Origin: Patescibacteria group bacterium
GTDB lineage: Bacteria; Patescibacteriota; Minisyncoccia; Phycocordibacterales; Phycocordibacteraceae
Direction of reading: 5' to 3'
NCBI GenBank assembly: GCA_030837225.1
Contig: JAUPKX010000007.1
Coordinates: 65,182 to 129,181, forward strand
Length of the DNA: 64,000 bases
Shown here: positions 1-9,004 of the stretch, piece by piece
Numbering within the stretch: the stretch's first letter is position 1
How the letters are laid out: every line of letters begins with the position of its first letter
Notes under the pieces: generated by a model
The model's input: only the letters and a program-made list of their open reading frames with translations
What the model was told of the DNA's origin: nothing
Databases searched by the model: none
Program-made: the position numbers and the translations under genes

Positions 1-2
1 GT

Positions 3-191
3 CTTGAGGAAATTCTTGCGGTGCTCATGTCGGAAGATTCTTCGTCACTGGATATTAAGAAACTGAAAGGAGTCGATGATGTATACCGAGTACGAACCGG
101 AGATTTGCGAGTCATCTTCCAAAAGCAAGGTGGAGAGATTCGGATTCTCGAGATAAGCCAGAGAGACGAGAGCACATACAAGAAATACTAA
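3..191 (+). CDS. RelE/ParE-family type II toxin, 3' fragment (5' end lies outside the window)
   Basis: Frame-3 translation ...DIKKLKGVDDVYRVRTGDLRVIFQKQGGEIRILEISQRDESTYKKY* matches the conserved C-terminal core of RelE/ParE toxins (LKG..YRxRxGDxRxIY...IxIL.I..R). No start codon in the window; a hairpin terminator follows. Confidence 0.5.
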   Translation, partial: LEEILAVLMSEDSSSLDIKKLKGVDDVYRVRTGDLRVIFQKQGGEIRILEISQRDESTYKKY

Positions 192-204
192 TGCTTGAAC
201 CAAA

Positions 205-238
205 AGACCGCCCTGTGAGCGGTCTTTCCTTGTTTCTG
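205..238 (+). terminator. rho-independent terminator after the toxin fragment
   Basis: agaccgc-cctgtga-gcggtct stem-loop followed by a T-rich run. Confidence 0.45.
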
Positions 239-243
239 AACGT

Positions 244-320
244 TGGCGCGGTCGAAGGGACTTGAACCCTCGGTCTCCGCCGTGACAGGGCGGCGCTTTA
301 ACCAGCTAAGCTACGACCGC
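244..320 (-). tRNA. tRNA-Asp (anticodon GTC), CCA encoded
   Basis: Minus-strand read GCGGTCGTAGCTTAGCTGGTTAAAGCGCCGCCCTGTCACGGCGGAGACCGAGGGTTCAAGTCCCTTCGACCGCGCCA folds as a cloverleaf. Acceptor GCGGTCG/CGACCGC, D-stem GCTT/AAGC, anticodon stem CCGCC/GGCGG, loop CTGTCAC. Confidence 0.9.
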
Positions 321-321
321 A

Positions 322-1023
322 TTATTTGTCAAGTCTTAAAACTTGTATCGCTTTTTCTAGTTTCTCCCGCTTTCGCGGCAGAGACAGGTCAGAGACTTCA
401 GCAGTATGATACATGAGGCGATAGAGTGCAAGACTGTCATGATGACTGAACTTCAACTCAAATCCGCTTGCAGATTTCTTACAGAAAGACCCTCCTCGTA
501 CACCATATCTTCTGAGTGCCGTGTGCAGTGACTGCAAAAAGCTCAGAGACCCAGATGTAAATAGCGTGAGCAGTACCCACCGTTTATAGCTTCGATCTGC
601 ATACTTGAGCTCACTAAAGTATACACACCCATCTCCATCGAAATACCCGCGCACGAAATGGCCTATATACTTCTGTGGAATATTTGGGAACTCAAGCGCA
701 TTGCTTTTGTGTTGTCTAAAACCTAGTGCTGCAAGATCGGTAAACCACTCTTTACTCCCTATCTGCAATCGATACAGCTGCTTCCAATGTTTTTTGTTCC
801 GCGCATCCGGAGTACGTTCTGCAATCTTATGATTTGAACCGATTGCGCGCTGAATTTGTTCAAGCACTATTCGATCGGTGATATTAAACTCAATGAAGTA
901 CCCGCCCCTCTTATTTGCAAGCATCGAACCATCGGCAGCAAAGAATCCAAGAACATACGCCATATTCGATGACCATGTCTTGAAGAAATCTTGATTTAAG
1001 GTTCGAGCCAGCGCCATACACAA
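322..1023 (-). CDS. LAGLIDADG-family homing endonuclease, double-motif monomeric type, free-standing
   Basis: 233 aa with two dodecapeptide motifs (VLGFFAADGSM and VRGYFDGDGCVYF) about 100 aa apart, typical of single-chain LAGLIDADG enzymes. The stop codon abuts the tRNA-Asp 5' end. GC content is lower than the flanks. Confidence 0.8.
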   Translation of the reverse strand: MCMALARTLNQDFFKTWSSNMAYVLGFFAADGSMLANKRGGYFIEFNITDRIVLEQIQRAIGSNHKIAERTPDARNKKHWKQLYRLQIGSKEWFTDLAALGFRQHKSNALEFPNIPQKYIGHFVRGYFDGDGCVYFSELKYADRSYKRWVLLTLFTSGSLSFLQSLHTALRRYGVRGGSFCKKSASGFELKFSHHDSLALYRLMYHTAEVSDLSLPRKREKLEKAIQVLRLDK

Positions 1024-1085
1024 AGCATATCACCACAACAGGACTATACTCTACCCATATCCCCCAAGCACTACGAGACTTTACT

Positions 1086-1160
1086 TGGTGCCGGTGGGTG
1101 GAGTCGCGCCACCGTCTAGGGTTTATGAGTCCCTCGTTCTAACTCTTGAACTACACCGGC
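1086..1160 (-). tRNA. tRNA with anticodon CAT (elongator Met or lysidine-modified Ile2), CCA encoded
   Basis: GCCGGTGTAGTTCAAGAGTTAGAACGAGGGACTCATAAACCCTAGACGGTGGCGCGACTCCACCCACCGGCACCA. G1-C72 is paired and position 11:24 is a Y:R pair, both elongator-like. The anticodon loop is CTCATAA. The T-loop CGCGACT and an A31/A39 mismatch are unusual. Confidence 0.75.
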
Positions 1161-1194
1161 GATACAAGCACCATACTATAGTGACCGAGCTGAT

Positions 1195-1893
1195 TCAACG
1201 TCCAAACACCAGAAGTGCTGCCTCTGCTTTCTGTAGGTCCTCGGGTGCAGTTACTTGTATCCAGAATGAGGCCTGTACTGCAGCAAGGGAGATTCCAGAC
1301 TCCTTAGATGCAGCGAGGACCGTTTGAGGGAGACCGTACTCATTGCTTCCAAGGGCTTTGGGCACCATGGGGTACTCGAAGAGGCGAGGGTCGAGCGCGA
1401 GCATATTCGTGTTCATGAGACCAGGCTTTCCTGTATGATCCCCTTCTTCAATATCGACGATGAAGCCACGCTCATCCATAACCATACGTCCCCCAGAAGC
1501 CATGGTCTCGGTCTTCTCAACGAGCACACTCCACTCTGGAGACGCAAAGCATGCCTCCACATCTTTGCGTGCGTAAAGATCGTCCCCCATCATCACAATG
1601 AATCGGTCTGACAGAAATGGTCGTGCGAGCCAGAGCGCACCTGCTGTGCCATTCAGGTCTTCCTGCTCAACGTATCGAATCCTGCGTCCACCAAACTCAT
1701 CCTTGAAGTACTCGCGGATAACATTTCCTTGATACCCGATTATGAGAATGACTTCTGTAACCTCAGGAGGAAGCGCATCGAGTTTATGCTCAATAAGAGT
1801 CTTTCCGTTAACGACGAGCATGGGTTTCGGCACTGACTGTGTCAGTTCCTTCATACGCGTGCCTTTTCCGGCGGCGAGGATGACAGCTTGCAT
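1195..1893 (-). CDS. sugar-phosphate nucleotidyltransferase (NTP_transferase family)
   Basis: N-terminal ILAAGKGTRM signature (G-x-G-T-R) and a Rossmann-like fold pattern. Confidence 0.75.
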   Translation of the reverse strand: MQAVILAAGKGTRMKELTQSVPKPMLVVNGKTLIEHKLDALPPEVTEVILIIGYQGNVIREYFKDEFGGRRIRYVEQEDLNGTAGALWLARPFLSDRFIVMMGDDLYARKDVEACFASPEWSVLVEKTETMASGGRMVMDERGFIVDIEEGDHTGKPGLMNTNMLALDPRLFEYPMVPKALGSNEYGLPQTVLAASKESGISLAAVQASFWIQVTAPEDLQKAEAALLVFGR

Positions 1894-1986
1894 AGAAATA
1901 GAGTCCCTCAGGCTATGTCCCTAACATTGCGACAGGACGCCACTATTTGCAATGGCAGCATAGAGCACGCCTGGTATCATTCCCTC

Positions 1987-3120
1987 ATGATACCCAAAGG
2001 CCTCTGCGGACTCCTACTCGGCGTACTGTTATTTGCTCCTATACTTGCAACGGCACAAGAACCCTCCGAGAACGCATTCCCTACTGTCGAGCAACAGCGT
2101 CTTTTGAAGGCTCGCGTGCTTGAAGCCTCCCCTTCTTTACAAAAGGTAGTAGAGGGCACGAGTATAACAACCGACACCCAGTCTCTCACCATTGAAGTCC
2201 TCGAAGGAGAAGATGAGGGACGTACCGTTACCTTCGAGAATGACTTCACCCAGCTTGAGAAAGGAGACGTGTTTTATGTGCGGCACATTGTAGGAGGATT
2301 CGATCTTGAAACGTGGGCCGTATCCGATCCCTACCGACTCAACATTCTCCTTTGGATCGGTATCGCGTTCCTTGTTTTGGTGTCTCTGTTTGGAGGTATT
2401 CAGGGCATTCGAGGAGTTGCCTCTCTTGCAGGAAGTCTTGTCCTTATCTTCTATCTCCTTTTACCGAGCATCCATAACGGCATCTCTCCTATCCTGGTCT
2501 CGCTTGGCGTAGTCTCGCTCATAATCCTTGTTGGTTCCTATATAACGCACGGCGTGAACCGAACGACGACTGCTGCCATGCTTGGTATGGTGGCGACCAT
2601 TGTGATAACGGGTATCGCTACCTATTTAGCTATTGACCTAGCACAGCTCTCTGGATTCACCTCTGACGAAAACGTCTACCTAAACTTCAACACGGATGGA
2701 CGTATCGATATGGTTGGTCTCCTATTCGGCGGAATCATGATTGGTCTTCTTGGTGTTCTCTATGACAGCGCCATTGGGCAGGCTGTAGCCGTTGAGGAGC
2801 TATACCGTGCGAGCGCAAACTACACGCGAAAACAAGTCTATCTTCGGGGGCTTCGTATCGGCCGCGAGCACATCGGGGCACTCGTAAACACTCTTGCGAT
2901 TGCGTACGTTGGTGCTTCACTTCCCCTTCTCCTCCTTCTCAAGCAATCAACCGCAAGTCCTCTCTATCTATTAAATAGCGAGGTCTTTGCAACAGAGATT
3001 ATTCGCATTCTCATGAGCTCTATTGGCATCATCCTCGCGGTTCCTGTTACAACCTTGATTGCCACCTACATGCTGAAAGGTGCTCAAGCATCGGGACTAC
3101 ACTCGCACACAAAAGAGTAG
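1987..3120 (+). CDS. YibE/F-family polytopic membrane protein
   Basis: Multiple TM helices and the characteristic YibE/F layout. The ORF opens at 1888, but the signal/TM segment begins right after Met-34 (1987). The start is uncertain. Confidence 0.6.
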   Translation: MIPKGLCGLLLGVLLFAPILATAQEPSENAFPTVEQQRLLKARVLEASPSLQKVVEGTSITTDTQSLTIEVLEGEDEGRTVTFENDFTQLEKGDVFYVRHIVGGFDLETWAVSDPYRLNILLWIGIAFLVLVSLFGGIQGIRGVASLAGSLVLIFYLLLPSIHNGISPILVSLGVVSLIILVGSYITHGVNRTTTAAMLGMVATIVITGIATYLAIDLAQLSGFTSDENVYLNFNTDGRIDMVGLLFGGIMIGLLGVLYDSAIGQAVAVEELYRASANYTRKQVYLRGLRIGREHIGALVNTLAIAYVGASLPLLLLLKQSTASPLYLLNSEVFATEIIRILMSSIGIILAVPVTTLIATYMLKGAQASGLHSHTKE

Positions 3121-3121
3121 T

Positions 3122-3136
3122 TGCAAATGTTTTGCA
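3122..3136. promoter_or_regulatory. candidate Fur/Zur box (TGCAAAtgtTTTGCA, a 6-3-6 palindrome) upstream of the fur-family gene
   Basis: Perfect inverted repeat 20-35 nt upstream of the start codon at 3156. Position and symmetry fit an autoregulatory Fur-family operator. Confidence 0.35.
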
Positions 3137-3155
3137 TCTATAGTACGGTGCGTAT

Positions 3156-3563
3156 ATGGATTTCCCTACCCTCCTACGCGAGAAGGACCTACGCGCTACT
3201 CCAGGTCGGCTCCAGGTGCTCGAGATACTTTCCTCAGAAAAGCATCCGGTTACTGTGGATCAGATAAAGGAGAAGCTCTCCTCGAGCCTTGATACGGTTA
3301 CGCTGTATCGCACACTCGAAACCCTAAGGGAAGCGCGTATTGTTGACCGGACCGATCTGCAGCATGGCCATGCCCACTACGAACTTCTCGTTGGACGACC
3401 GCACCATCATCACGCGGTATGTCGCTCGTGCGGATTAATCGAGGACATTGAGGTGCCGCACCCAGCAAAGCCTGAGAAACAAGCAGAACAAGCGACTAAG
3501 AAATTCTCCACAATAGATTCCTATGCACTTGAGTTCTTTGGCACCTGCACCAGCTGTGCGTAA
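3156..3563 (+). CDS. Fur-family metalloregulator, likely Zur (zinc uptake regulator)
   Basis: ATPGRLQVLEIL DNA-binding helix, His-rich HHHH patch, CxxC...CxxC zinc site. It lies immediately upstream of a ZIP transporter. Confidence 0.8.
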   Translation: MDFPTLLREKDLRATPGRLQVLEILSSEKHPVTVDQIKEKLSSSLDTVTLYRTLETLREARIVDRTDLQHGHAHYELLVGRPHHHHAVCRSCGLIEDIEVPHPAKPEKQAEQATKKFSTIDSYALEFFGTCTSCA

Positions 3564-3575
3564 TTCTTTAGTACC

Positions 3576-4322
3576 ATGATCGTCCTCCCCACTCTCGCCA
3601 GCGTCATACTCATCAGCCTCATTTCCTTCGTTGGTGCAATAACACTCGTACTAAACAAGACCCTGCTCCACAAGAGTATCTTTATACTCGTCTCTCTTGC
3701 GGTTGGCGCCCTTCTCGGAGACGTGTTCATACACATCATCCCAGAGGCATACGAAGCAATCGGAAACTCTACCCTTGTATCGCTCGCCATCATTACGGGC
3801 ATCATCATGTTCTTTATTCTTGAGAAAGCTCTGCACTGGCATCATCACACTACGGAGCACGCCGAAGAGCACGCACATCCTATTGGACGTTTGCTGCTAG
3901 TATCTGACGGCGTCCACAACTTCATAGACGGTCTCATAATCGCAGCCGGCTACATGGTTTCAATCGAAGTTGGTATCGCAACAACCATCGCCGTTATCCT
4001 TCATGAGATCCCTCAAGAGATTGGGAACTTCGGCGTTCTACTGCATGCAGGATACTCAAAGACTAAAGCGCTTTGGTTCAACTTCCTCTCTGCACTCACG
4101 GCAATTGCCGGAGCGGTTGTAGCGCTCCTTCTGGGAAGCATTACAGAACAATTTGCGATGTGGCTCCTCCCTATTGCTGCAGGCGGATTCATCTACGTCG
4201 CACTCTCGGACCTCATACCAGAACTTCATAAAAGCAACCGTGGCAGCCAAGGTGTCGTTCAGGTTATCGCCATTATCGTGGGCGTTGCTGCTATAGCAGC
4301 CCTTCTCGCGCTTGAAGCGTAG
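3576..4322 (+). CDS. zupT: ZIP-family divalent metal transporter (ZupT-like)
   Basis: HEIPQEIGNFGVLL ZIP signature, 8 TM segments, and a His-rich loop (HWHHHTTEHAEEHAH). Confidence 0.85.
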   Translation: MIVLPTLASVILISLISFVGAITLVLNKTLLHKSIFILVSLAVGALLGDVFIHIIPEAYEAIGNSTLVSLAIITGIIMFFILEKALHWHHHTTEHAEEHAHPIGRLLLVSDGVHNFIDGLIIAAGYMVSIEVGIATTIAVILHEIPQEIGNFGVLLHAGYSKTKALWFNFLSALTAIAGAVVALLLGSITEQFAMWLLPIAAGGFIYVALSDLIPELHKSNRGSQGVVQVIAIIVGVAAIAALLALEA

Positions 4323-4473
4323 ACACAACATACGAGGGAAGATGCTGATATTCACTTAGAATCGTTACTGCACGCAGCCTTTGACTTGATGCTGCTGGCA
4401 GCCCGGGACGACGTTAGTACTTTTACGGTTTATGTTTAGGTATTCGAAAATACCAATGAATAGAGCGCATTAA

Positions 4474-4863
4474 CTAAAGGAACCGTACTGAAAAGCTATA
4501 CATTCCCATGGCGCAGGTGCCTTCAAGTGTTCCCTGGGCAACCTTTATGGGTACTTCAACTTCAGTTATACCCGTTGCAACAAGGTTCTTGCGGAACCCG
4601 ACACTTGGAATAGTTACGGCTGACGAGCAATCGTAAGTACCGCTTGTCTTTAAACGAAGCACTGTGGGTACTCCTGCTTTGGCCGTGGTGAGCTTAGGAG
4701 AGTACCCGCCCTTAGCATCTATTTCGATTATTTGTTTCTCGCCTTCCATAAAGACATTCTGTACGACCTGCTCTGTACCATCTGATTTCTGGCTTAATAC
4801 AATGGCCCCTGCAATTACCAAGGCGGCTACGAGAACCGACAGAATCATTGGCAGATTTTTCAT
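4474..4863 (-). CDS. small exported/anchored cupredoxin-like protein (putative metal-binding)
   Basis: N-terminal signal anchor and a beta-rich domain with C-terminal Cys/Met motifs (DCSSAV...TCAMGMYSF). Last gene of the csoR-copA operon. Confidence 0.45.
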   Translation of the reverse strand: MKNLPMILSVLVAALVIAGAIVLSQKSDGTEQVVQNVFMEGEKQIIEIDAKGGYSPKLTTAKAGVPTVLRLKTSGTYDCSSAVTIPSVGFRKNLVATGITEVEVPIKVAQGTLEGTCAMGMYSFSVRFL

Positions 4864-4877
4864 AATGTAAGTCTACG

Positions 4878-5894
4878 CTAAAAGCTAATAAACGGCTGGA
4901 TAATCCCTGCAGCAACCAAACTGTTCATGAGATTAAAGAGACCAAAGAATATCACCACAAGACCAGCTGTCTTGTAGAACACGCCTGTCTGCATCTTTTT
5001 GATGCTGAGGGCACTAAAACTTAGGAGTGCGAGCACTGGCAGCGTCCCCAGCGCAAAAACGAACATGGTCAGAGCTCCCTCAGTATAGCTGCCAGTTGTA
5101 AGCGTATAGATCTGCATGGACTGCGTGAAGCCGCACGGTAAGAAGAAGGTCGCGGCCCCAATAAGGAGCGGCGTCATGGCACCTGCGGCCCCCTTAAGGC
5201 CCCTCACACCCTTTCCAAAAGAACTGGGGAGTGTAGGGATAAGCTTCTTAGTCCAAGGGAAAATATCAAGAAGGTTTAAACCCAGAATGAGAAGGATTAC
5301 GGCGACGAGGAAACTCAGAACAAATGTGCCAGTTCCCCCAAGCTGAAACGCTGAACCTACTGCCCCGATCACACCCCCAAGTACAAAGAACGAAATGAGA
5401 CGACCGACATGAAATAAGACTTGAGGACGCACGGCTTCGCCCACCTTTGCGTAGCTTGCTGACATAGAAAGTACGAGACCTCCAACTACTGCCATGCAGG
5501 TTGATACAGAGGCAACAAGGCCAATGACAAAGGCAGTGGCATAGGTCATTTCCCCACCTCCCACAAGGTTCACAATGCCGAGCTTTTGAAGGACGATGAA
5601 AAGTCCTACAAAAACTGCTGCAATTGGAATGGCATAGCTGAAATCAGCCCAGCGCACCGTGTGTGCCTGTTTTTCCAAATGGACGCTATAGCCATGGTGC
5701 TTCAGGGGTTTCGTAAGGAGCTCCGCGATTTGTTCAGGTGTCCGGTCGCCAAACTCACCCGTAACGTCCACGGTATGCGTTTTGAGCGAAGACTCGGCAT
5801 GGGTAACTTCAGGCAAGTCCATCAATTCCCCCTCGGTGAGCACAATACAGGACTTGCAGTGCATTCCCTGAATGTGAAAGGTGTAAGTATCCAT
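4878..5894 (-). CDS. heavy-metal-associated (HMA) domain fused to a DsbD/CcdA-like transmembrane thiol-disulfide transporter domain
   Basis: N-terminal GMHCKSC metal-binding motif, then a polytopic membrane domain with conserved Cys in TM helices (STCMAVVGG, FFLPCGFTQ), as in the DsbD_2/CcdA family. Confidence 0.7.
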   Translation of the reverse strand: MDTYTFHIQGMHCKSCIVLTEGELMDLPEVTHAESSLKTHTVDVTGEFGDRTPEQIAELLTKPLKHHGYSVHLEKQAHTVRWADFSYAIPIAAVFVGLFIVLQKLGIVNLVGGGEMTYATAFVIGLVASVSTCMAVVGGLVLSMSASYAKVGEAVRPQVLFHVGRLISFFVLGGVIGAVGSAFQLGGTGTFVLSFLVAVILLILGLNLLDIFPWTKKLIPTLPSSFGKGVRGLKGAAGAMTPLLIGAATFFLPCGFTQSMQIYTLTTGSYTEGALTMFVFALGTLPVLALLSFSALSIKKMQTGVFYKTAGLVVIFFGLFNLMNSLVAAGIIQPFISF

Positions 5895-5895
5895 A

Positions 5896-8190
5896 TTAGA
5901 GCTTAGCGGTTTTTAATCGGAGTGAGTTGAGCACCACTGACACGCTTGAGAGTGCCATGGCAAGTCCCGCAACTACCGGTGAGAGAAGTATGCCAAAGAA
6001 CGGATAGAGAATACCTGCAGCAATCGGTATGCCTACTAAATTGTAGATGAAGGCCCAGAATAGGTTTTGTTTAATACCGGTCATAGTGAAGCGAGAAAGT
6101 CGTATCGCCTTCACTAGCTTTGCAATGTCGCCGTGGAGGAGTGTGATTCCTGCCGTTTCAATAGCAACATCGGTTCCGGTTCCCATGGCAATACCTACAT
6201 CCGCCTGTGCTAGTGCCGGCGCATCGTTCACTCCATCGCCTGCCATAGCAACCACACGACCGGCAGCCTGCAATGCTTTTATTTTAATAAGCTTTTCGCC
6301 CGGCAATGCCTCAGCCACCACATCATCGATACCCACTTCTTTAGCTATGGCGAGCGCTGTTTGTTTGTTATCGCCCGTAAGCATGACAACTGAAATGCCC
6401 ATGCTGTGCAGCTTCTTAATGGCCGCAGCCGCTTCGGGCTTGAGTGCATCTGCAATCAGTACCAATCCCAGCACCTCCGTACGCGTAGCCAGAAAAACAG
6501 GTGTCCTCCCCTTACTCGTATGGTTTTCAAGGGCCTTGCCATCAAGACTAAGTGTAAGGTCGCTTATTAGTCGAGAATTTCCTGCAAAGTATTCTGTACC
6601 TCTCACGAATCCCGTAACTCCCTTGCCTTCAATAATTTGAAACGTATCCGTTGCGCTTGCTGTTACACCATTATCTTTTGCGTACGCAAGAAGTGCGCTG
6701 GCAAGTGGATGTTCAGATTTATTCTCAAGCGACGCGAGAATACCGAGGATATCTTCTTCTGAACGACTGCCGTAGGTTTCTATGGCAACAACTTCCGGCT
6801 TACCCTTTGTGATCGTGCCGGTTTTGTCTACAACAACCGTATTTACACTTCTGAGCTTCTGGAGCGTAGCCGCATCTTTAATAAGAATACCCTCACTAGC
6901 TCCCTTGCCCACTCCAACAATAACGGCGATAGGCGTAGCAAGTCCGAGCGCGCAAGGGCATGCAATCACAAGAATGCCCACGAAAGACGTGAGACCGAGC
7001 GTAAGTGCCTGCGCAAAGCCGAGCACGGGGATACCAAAGAAGAGCCATGCCGCAAATACAAGAACGGCGAATACTAGGACGATAGGAACAAAGACGCTAG
7101 AGATCTTGTCCGCAAGTCCTTGAATGGGTGCCTTGCTGCCCTGTGCCTCACCTACCATTTTAATGATGCTGGCAAGTAACGTTTCTGAACCTACTTTGGT
7201 CGCCTTGAATATAAAGTGACCTTTAGTATTTAAGGTCCCAGCAACAACGGCATCACCTGCTTTTTTCTCTACCGGTATAGGTTCACCCGTAACCATTGCC
7301 TCGTCTACATAGGAACTTCCTTCCGTAAGAATGCCATCTACTGGTATCTTCCCGCCCGGCTTCATAACAATAAAATCGCCATGCACGACCTGGTCTATAG
7401 GAACCTCAACCTCTGTACCATCGCGCATGACGAGGGCCCTTTTTGCCTGAAGACCAAGAAGCTTCTGAATGGCATCACCGGTCCTGAGCTTCGATTGTGC
7501 CTCAAGATACTTACCAAGGGCGATAAGCGCGATTACTACGATGGTTACGTCGTAATAGGTCTGCTCAACATTAAGAAAAGAGCGCAGCGGCTCCTCAAAG
7601 GCAGTGAGGATAAAGCTGTAAAGAAAGGCAACGGAAGTACCGATACCGATGAGGGTATCCATATTCGCCTTTCCATAACGGAGAAAACGATAGAGGCCGA
7701 GCAGATATGGCTTACCCACCACCACCATAGTGTAGGTAGCAAAGATCGGTAAGAGGTGGTGAAAGAACTCGTACCAAATCTCTGGAATGCTACCCAACCA
7801 GCCGAACTGTGCAGTCATTTCCCAGCCCATAACAAAGACACTGAATGCAGCCAGCGGAAGTACGGAAAGAACCCTCCATCGCATGTCCTTAATCTCTGCT
7901 AACTTCTCTGTCTTAGACTGACTTAGGCCGGTATGGGCAGCGTGCTCGTCAGCCGTCATGCTCATACTTTCAGCTGAAGGTATCACGAGAGTGTAGCCAA
8001 GAGGCTTTATCAGTTCAGAAAGATGCTGAGGGTTCGTCTTCGTATCGTCGAAAGCAATCTTTGCGGTCTCGGTGCCATAGTTCACTTCAACGTGTCCAAC
8101 ACCTTCAATTTTTTTAACAGTACGCTCAATTATGCCTGCACAAGAAGCGCAATGCATACCCTTGATCCGGTACGTTTTATGATTACTCAT
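5896..8190 (-). CDS. copA: copper-translocating P1B-type ATPase
   Basis: N-terminal HMA motif [12 protein letters not shown] metal site ([11 protein letters not shown]), DKTGTIT phosphorylation motif, [10 protein letters not shown] hinge. Confidence 0.95.
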   Translation of the reverse strand: MSNHKTYRIKGMHCASCAGIIERTVKKIEGVGHVEVNYGTETAKIAFDDTKTNPQHLSELIKPLGYTLVIPSAESMSMTADEHAAHTGLSQSKTEKLAEIKDMRWRVLSVLPLAAFSVFVMGWEMTAQFGWLGSIPEIWYEFFHHLLPIFATYTMVVVGKPYLLGLYRFLRYGKANMDTLIGIGTSVAFLYSFILTAFEEPLRSFLNVEQTYYDVTIVVIALIALGKYLEAQSKLRTGDAIQKLLGLQAKRALVMRDGTEVEVPIDQVVHGDFIVMKPGGKIPVDGILTEGSSYVDEAMVTGEPIPVEKKAGDAVVAGTLNTKGHFIFKATKVGSETLLASIIKMVGEAQGSKAPIQGLADKISSVFVPIVLVFAVLVFAAWLFFGIPVLGFAQALTLGLTSFVGILVIACPCALGLATPIAVIVGVGKGASEGILIKDAATLQKLRSVNTVVVDKTGTITKGKPEVVAIETYGSRSEEDILGILASLENKSEHPLASALLAYAKDNGVTASATDTFQIIEGKGVTGFVRGTEYFAGNSRLISDLTLSLDGKALENHTSKGRTPVFLATRTEVLGLVLIADALKPEAAAAIKKLHSMGISVVMLTGDNKQTALAIAKEVGIDDVVAEALPGEKLIKIKALQAAGRVVAMAGDGVNDAPALAQADVGIAMGTGTDVAIETAGITLLHGDIAKLVKAIRLSRFTMTGIKQNLFWAFIYNLVGIPIAAGILYPFFGILLSPVVAGLAMALSSVSVVLNSLRLKTAKL

Positions 8191-8191
8191 G

Positions 8192-8458
8192 CTATTTTCG
8201 TTTTAGACGATAGACGGCGAGGATTTCCTGTTTTGCCCTAGTAATATTCCCCGACTTTATCTGACTAGAGGCACAGGTATCCAAATGATTCTCAAGGAGT
8301 AAGTCCTCAACACCTGAAAGGGCGCTTTTAATAGCCGAGGTTTGGGTAATAACGTCGATGCAGTACGTATCTTTCTCAACAAGTGTTTGAAGTCCACGTA
8401 TCTGTCCTTCGACGCGACGGAGACGATTTTGTATCTGCTTTTTAGTTTCAAGTTTCAT
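8192..8458 (-). CDS. csoR: CsoR/RcnR-family copper-sensing transcriptional repressor
   Basis: 88 aa all-helical protein with Cys-His-Cys ligand pattern (YCIDV...H...C). Sits directly upstream of copA. Confidence 0.85.
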   Translation of the reverse strand: MKLETKKQIQNRLRRVEGQIRGLQTLVEKDTYCIDVITQTSAIKSALSGVEDLLLENHLDTCASSQIKSGNITRAKQEILAVYRLKRK

Positions 8459-8461
8459 ATA

Positions 8462-8490
8462 CTAAATATACCCCTATGGGGTATATTTAG
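8462..8490. promoter_or_regulatory. CsoR-type operator: perfect 13-bp inverted repeat CTAAATATACCCC-tat-GGGGTATATTTAG
   Basis: The GC core flanked by AT arms (ATACCCC...GGGGTAT) matches known CsoR operators. It sits 3 nt upstream of the csoR start codon. Confidence 0.6.
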
Positions 8491-8587
8491 TCAAACTTAC
8501 ATATTGGATACGGTAATACTTGCGGTATCTCTAGGATCCGAAAACATAATCAAGATTATGTTTTCAAGGGTTCTAACTTTTCCTAAT

Positions 8588-8842
8588 CTAAGCCAAAAAA
8601 CTCTTTTCAACCTCCTCCTTATTGATGCCGTTTACCACACGAGCGTAGCCCATGCCCTGCAGAATTATATTGGCTCTCTCGGCGCGCCCACCACTTGCGC
8701 AATAGACGACGATACTGGCATCCTTTGGAATCTGCGCTAGGGCACTCGCCACAAAGTCCGTAACAGGTATGTTTATTGCTCCATGCACATGGTCAACAGC
8801 AAATTCCTCTTGGGTACGGACATCGATTAAGATTTTATTCAT
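8588..8842 (-). CDS. single-domain rhodanese-like sulfurtransferase
   Basis: Active-site loop VVYCASGGRAERA (C-x2-G-x-R). Confidence 0.8.
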   Translation of the reverse strand: MNKILIDVRTQEEFAVDHVHGAINIPVTDFVASALAQIPKDASIVVYCASGGRAERANIILQGMGYARVVNGINKEEVEKSFLA

Positions 8843-9004
8843 TTGTGATTTTGACCTCTAACAGTTACGGGTCAATTCTGACACGTGCCGGTAAGTTTTT
8901 GGGTCACCCAATCTTGTTGCACTGATAAGACGGGATTGGCACCAAAACTACAATTAGCTATTTATTTCTTAGGTAGAACCAACCATTCGCACTTGGTGTA
9001 GCTA

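Noticed and set aside
6047-7123. Plus-strand ORFs (197 aa and 113 aa) inside copA
   Set aside because: They are antisense shadow ORFs with low-complexity Ala/Ser/Pro-rich translations, typical of the reverse frame of a GC-biased gene.
8462-8490. Reading the 13-bp palindrome before csoR as a terminator for the upstream rhodanese gene
   Set aside because: It is AT-rich at the arms, lacks a U-tail on the minus strand, and its GC core (ACCCC...GGGGT) matches the CsoR operator consensus. Its position at the csoR start fits autoregulation better.
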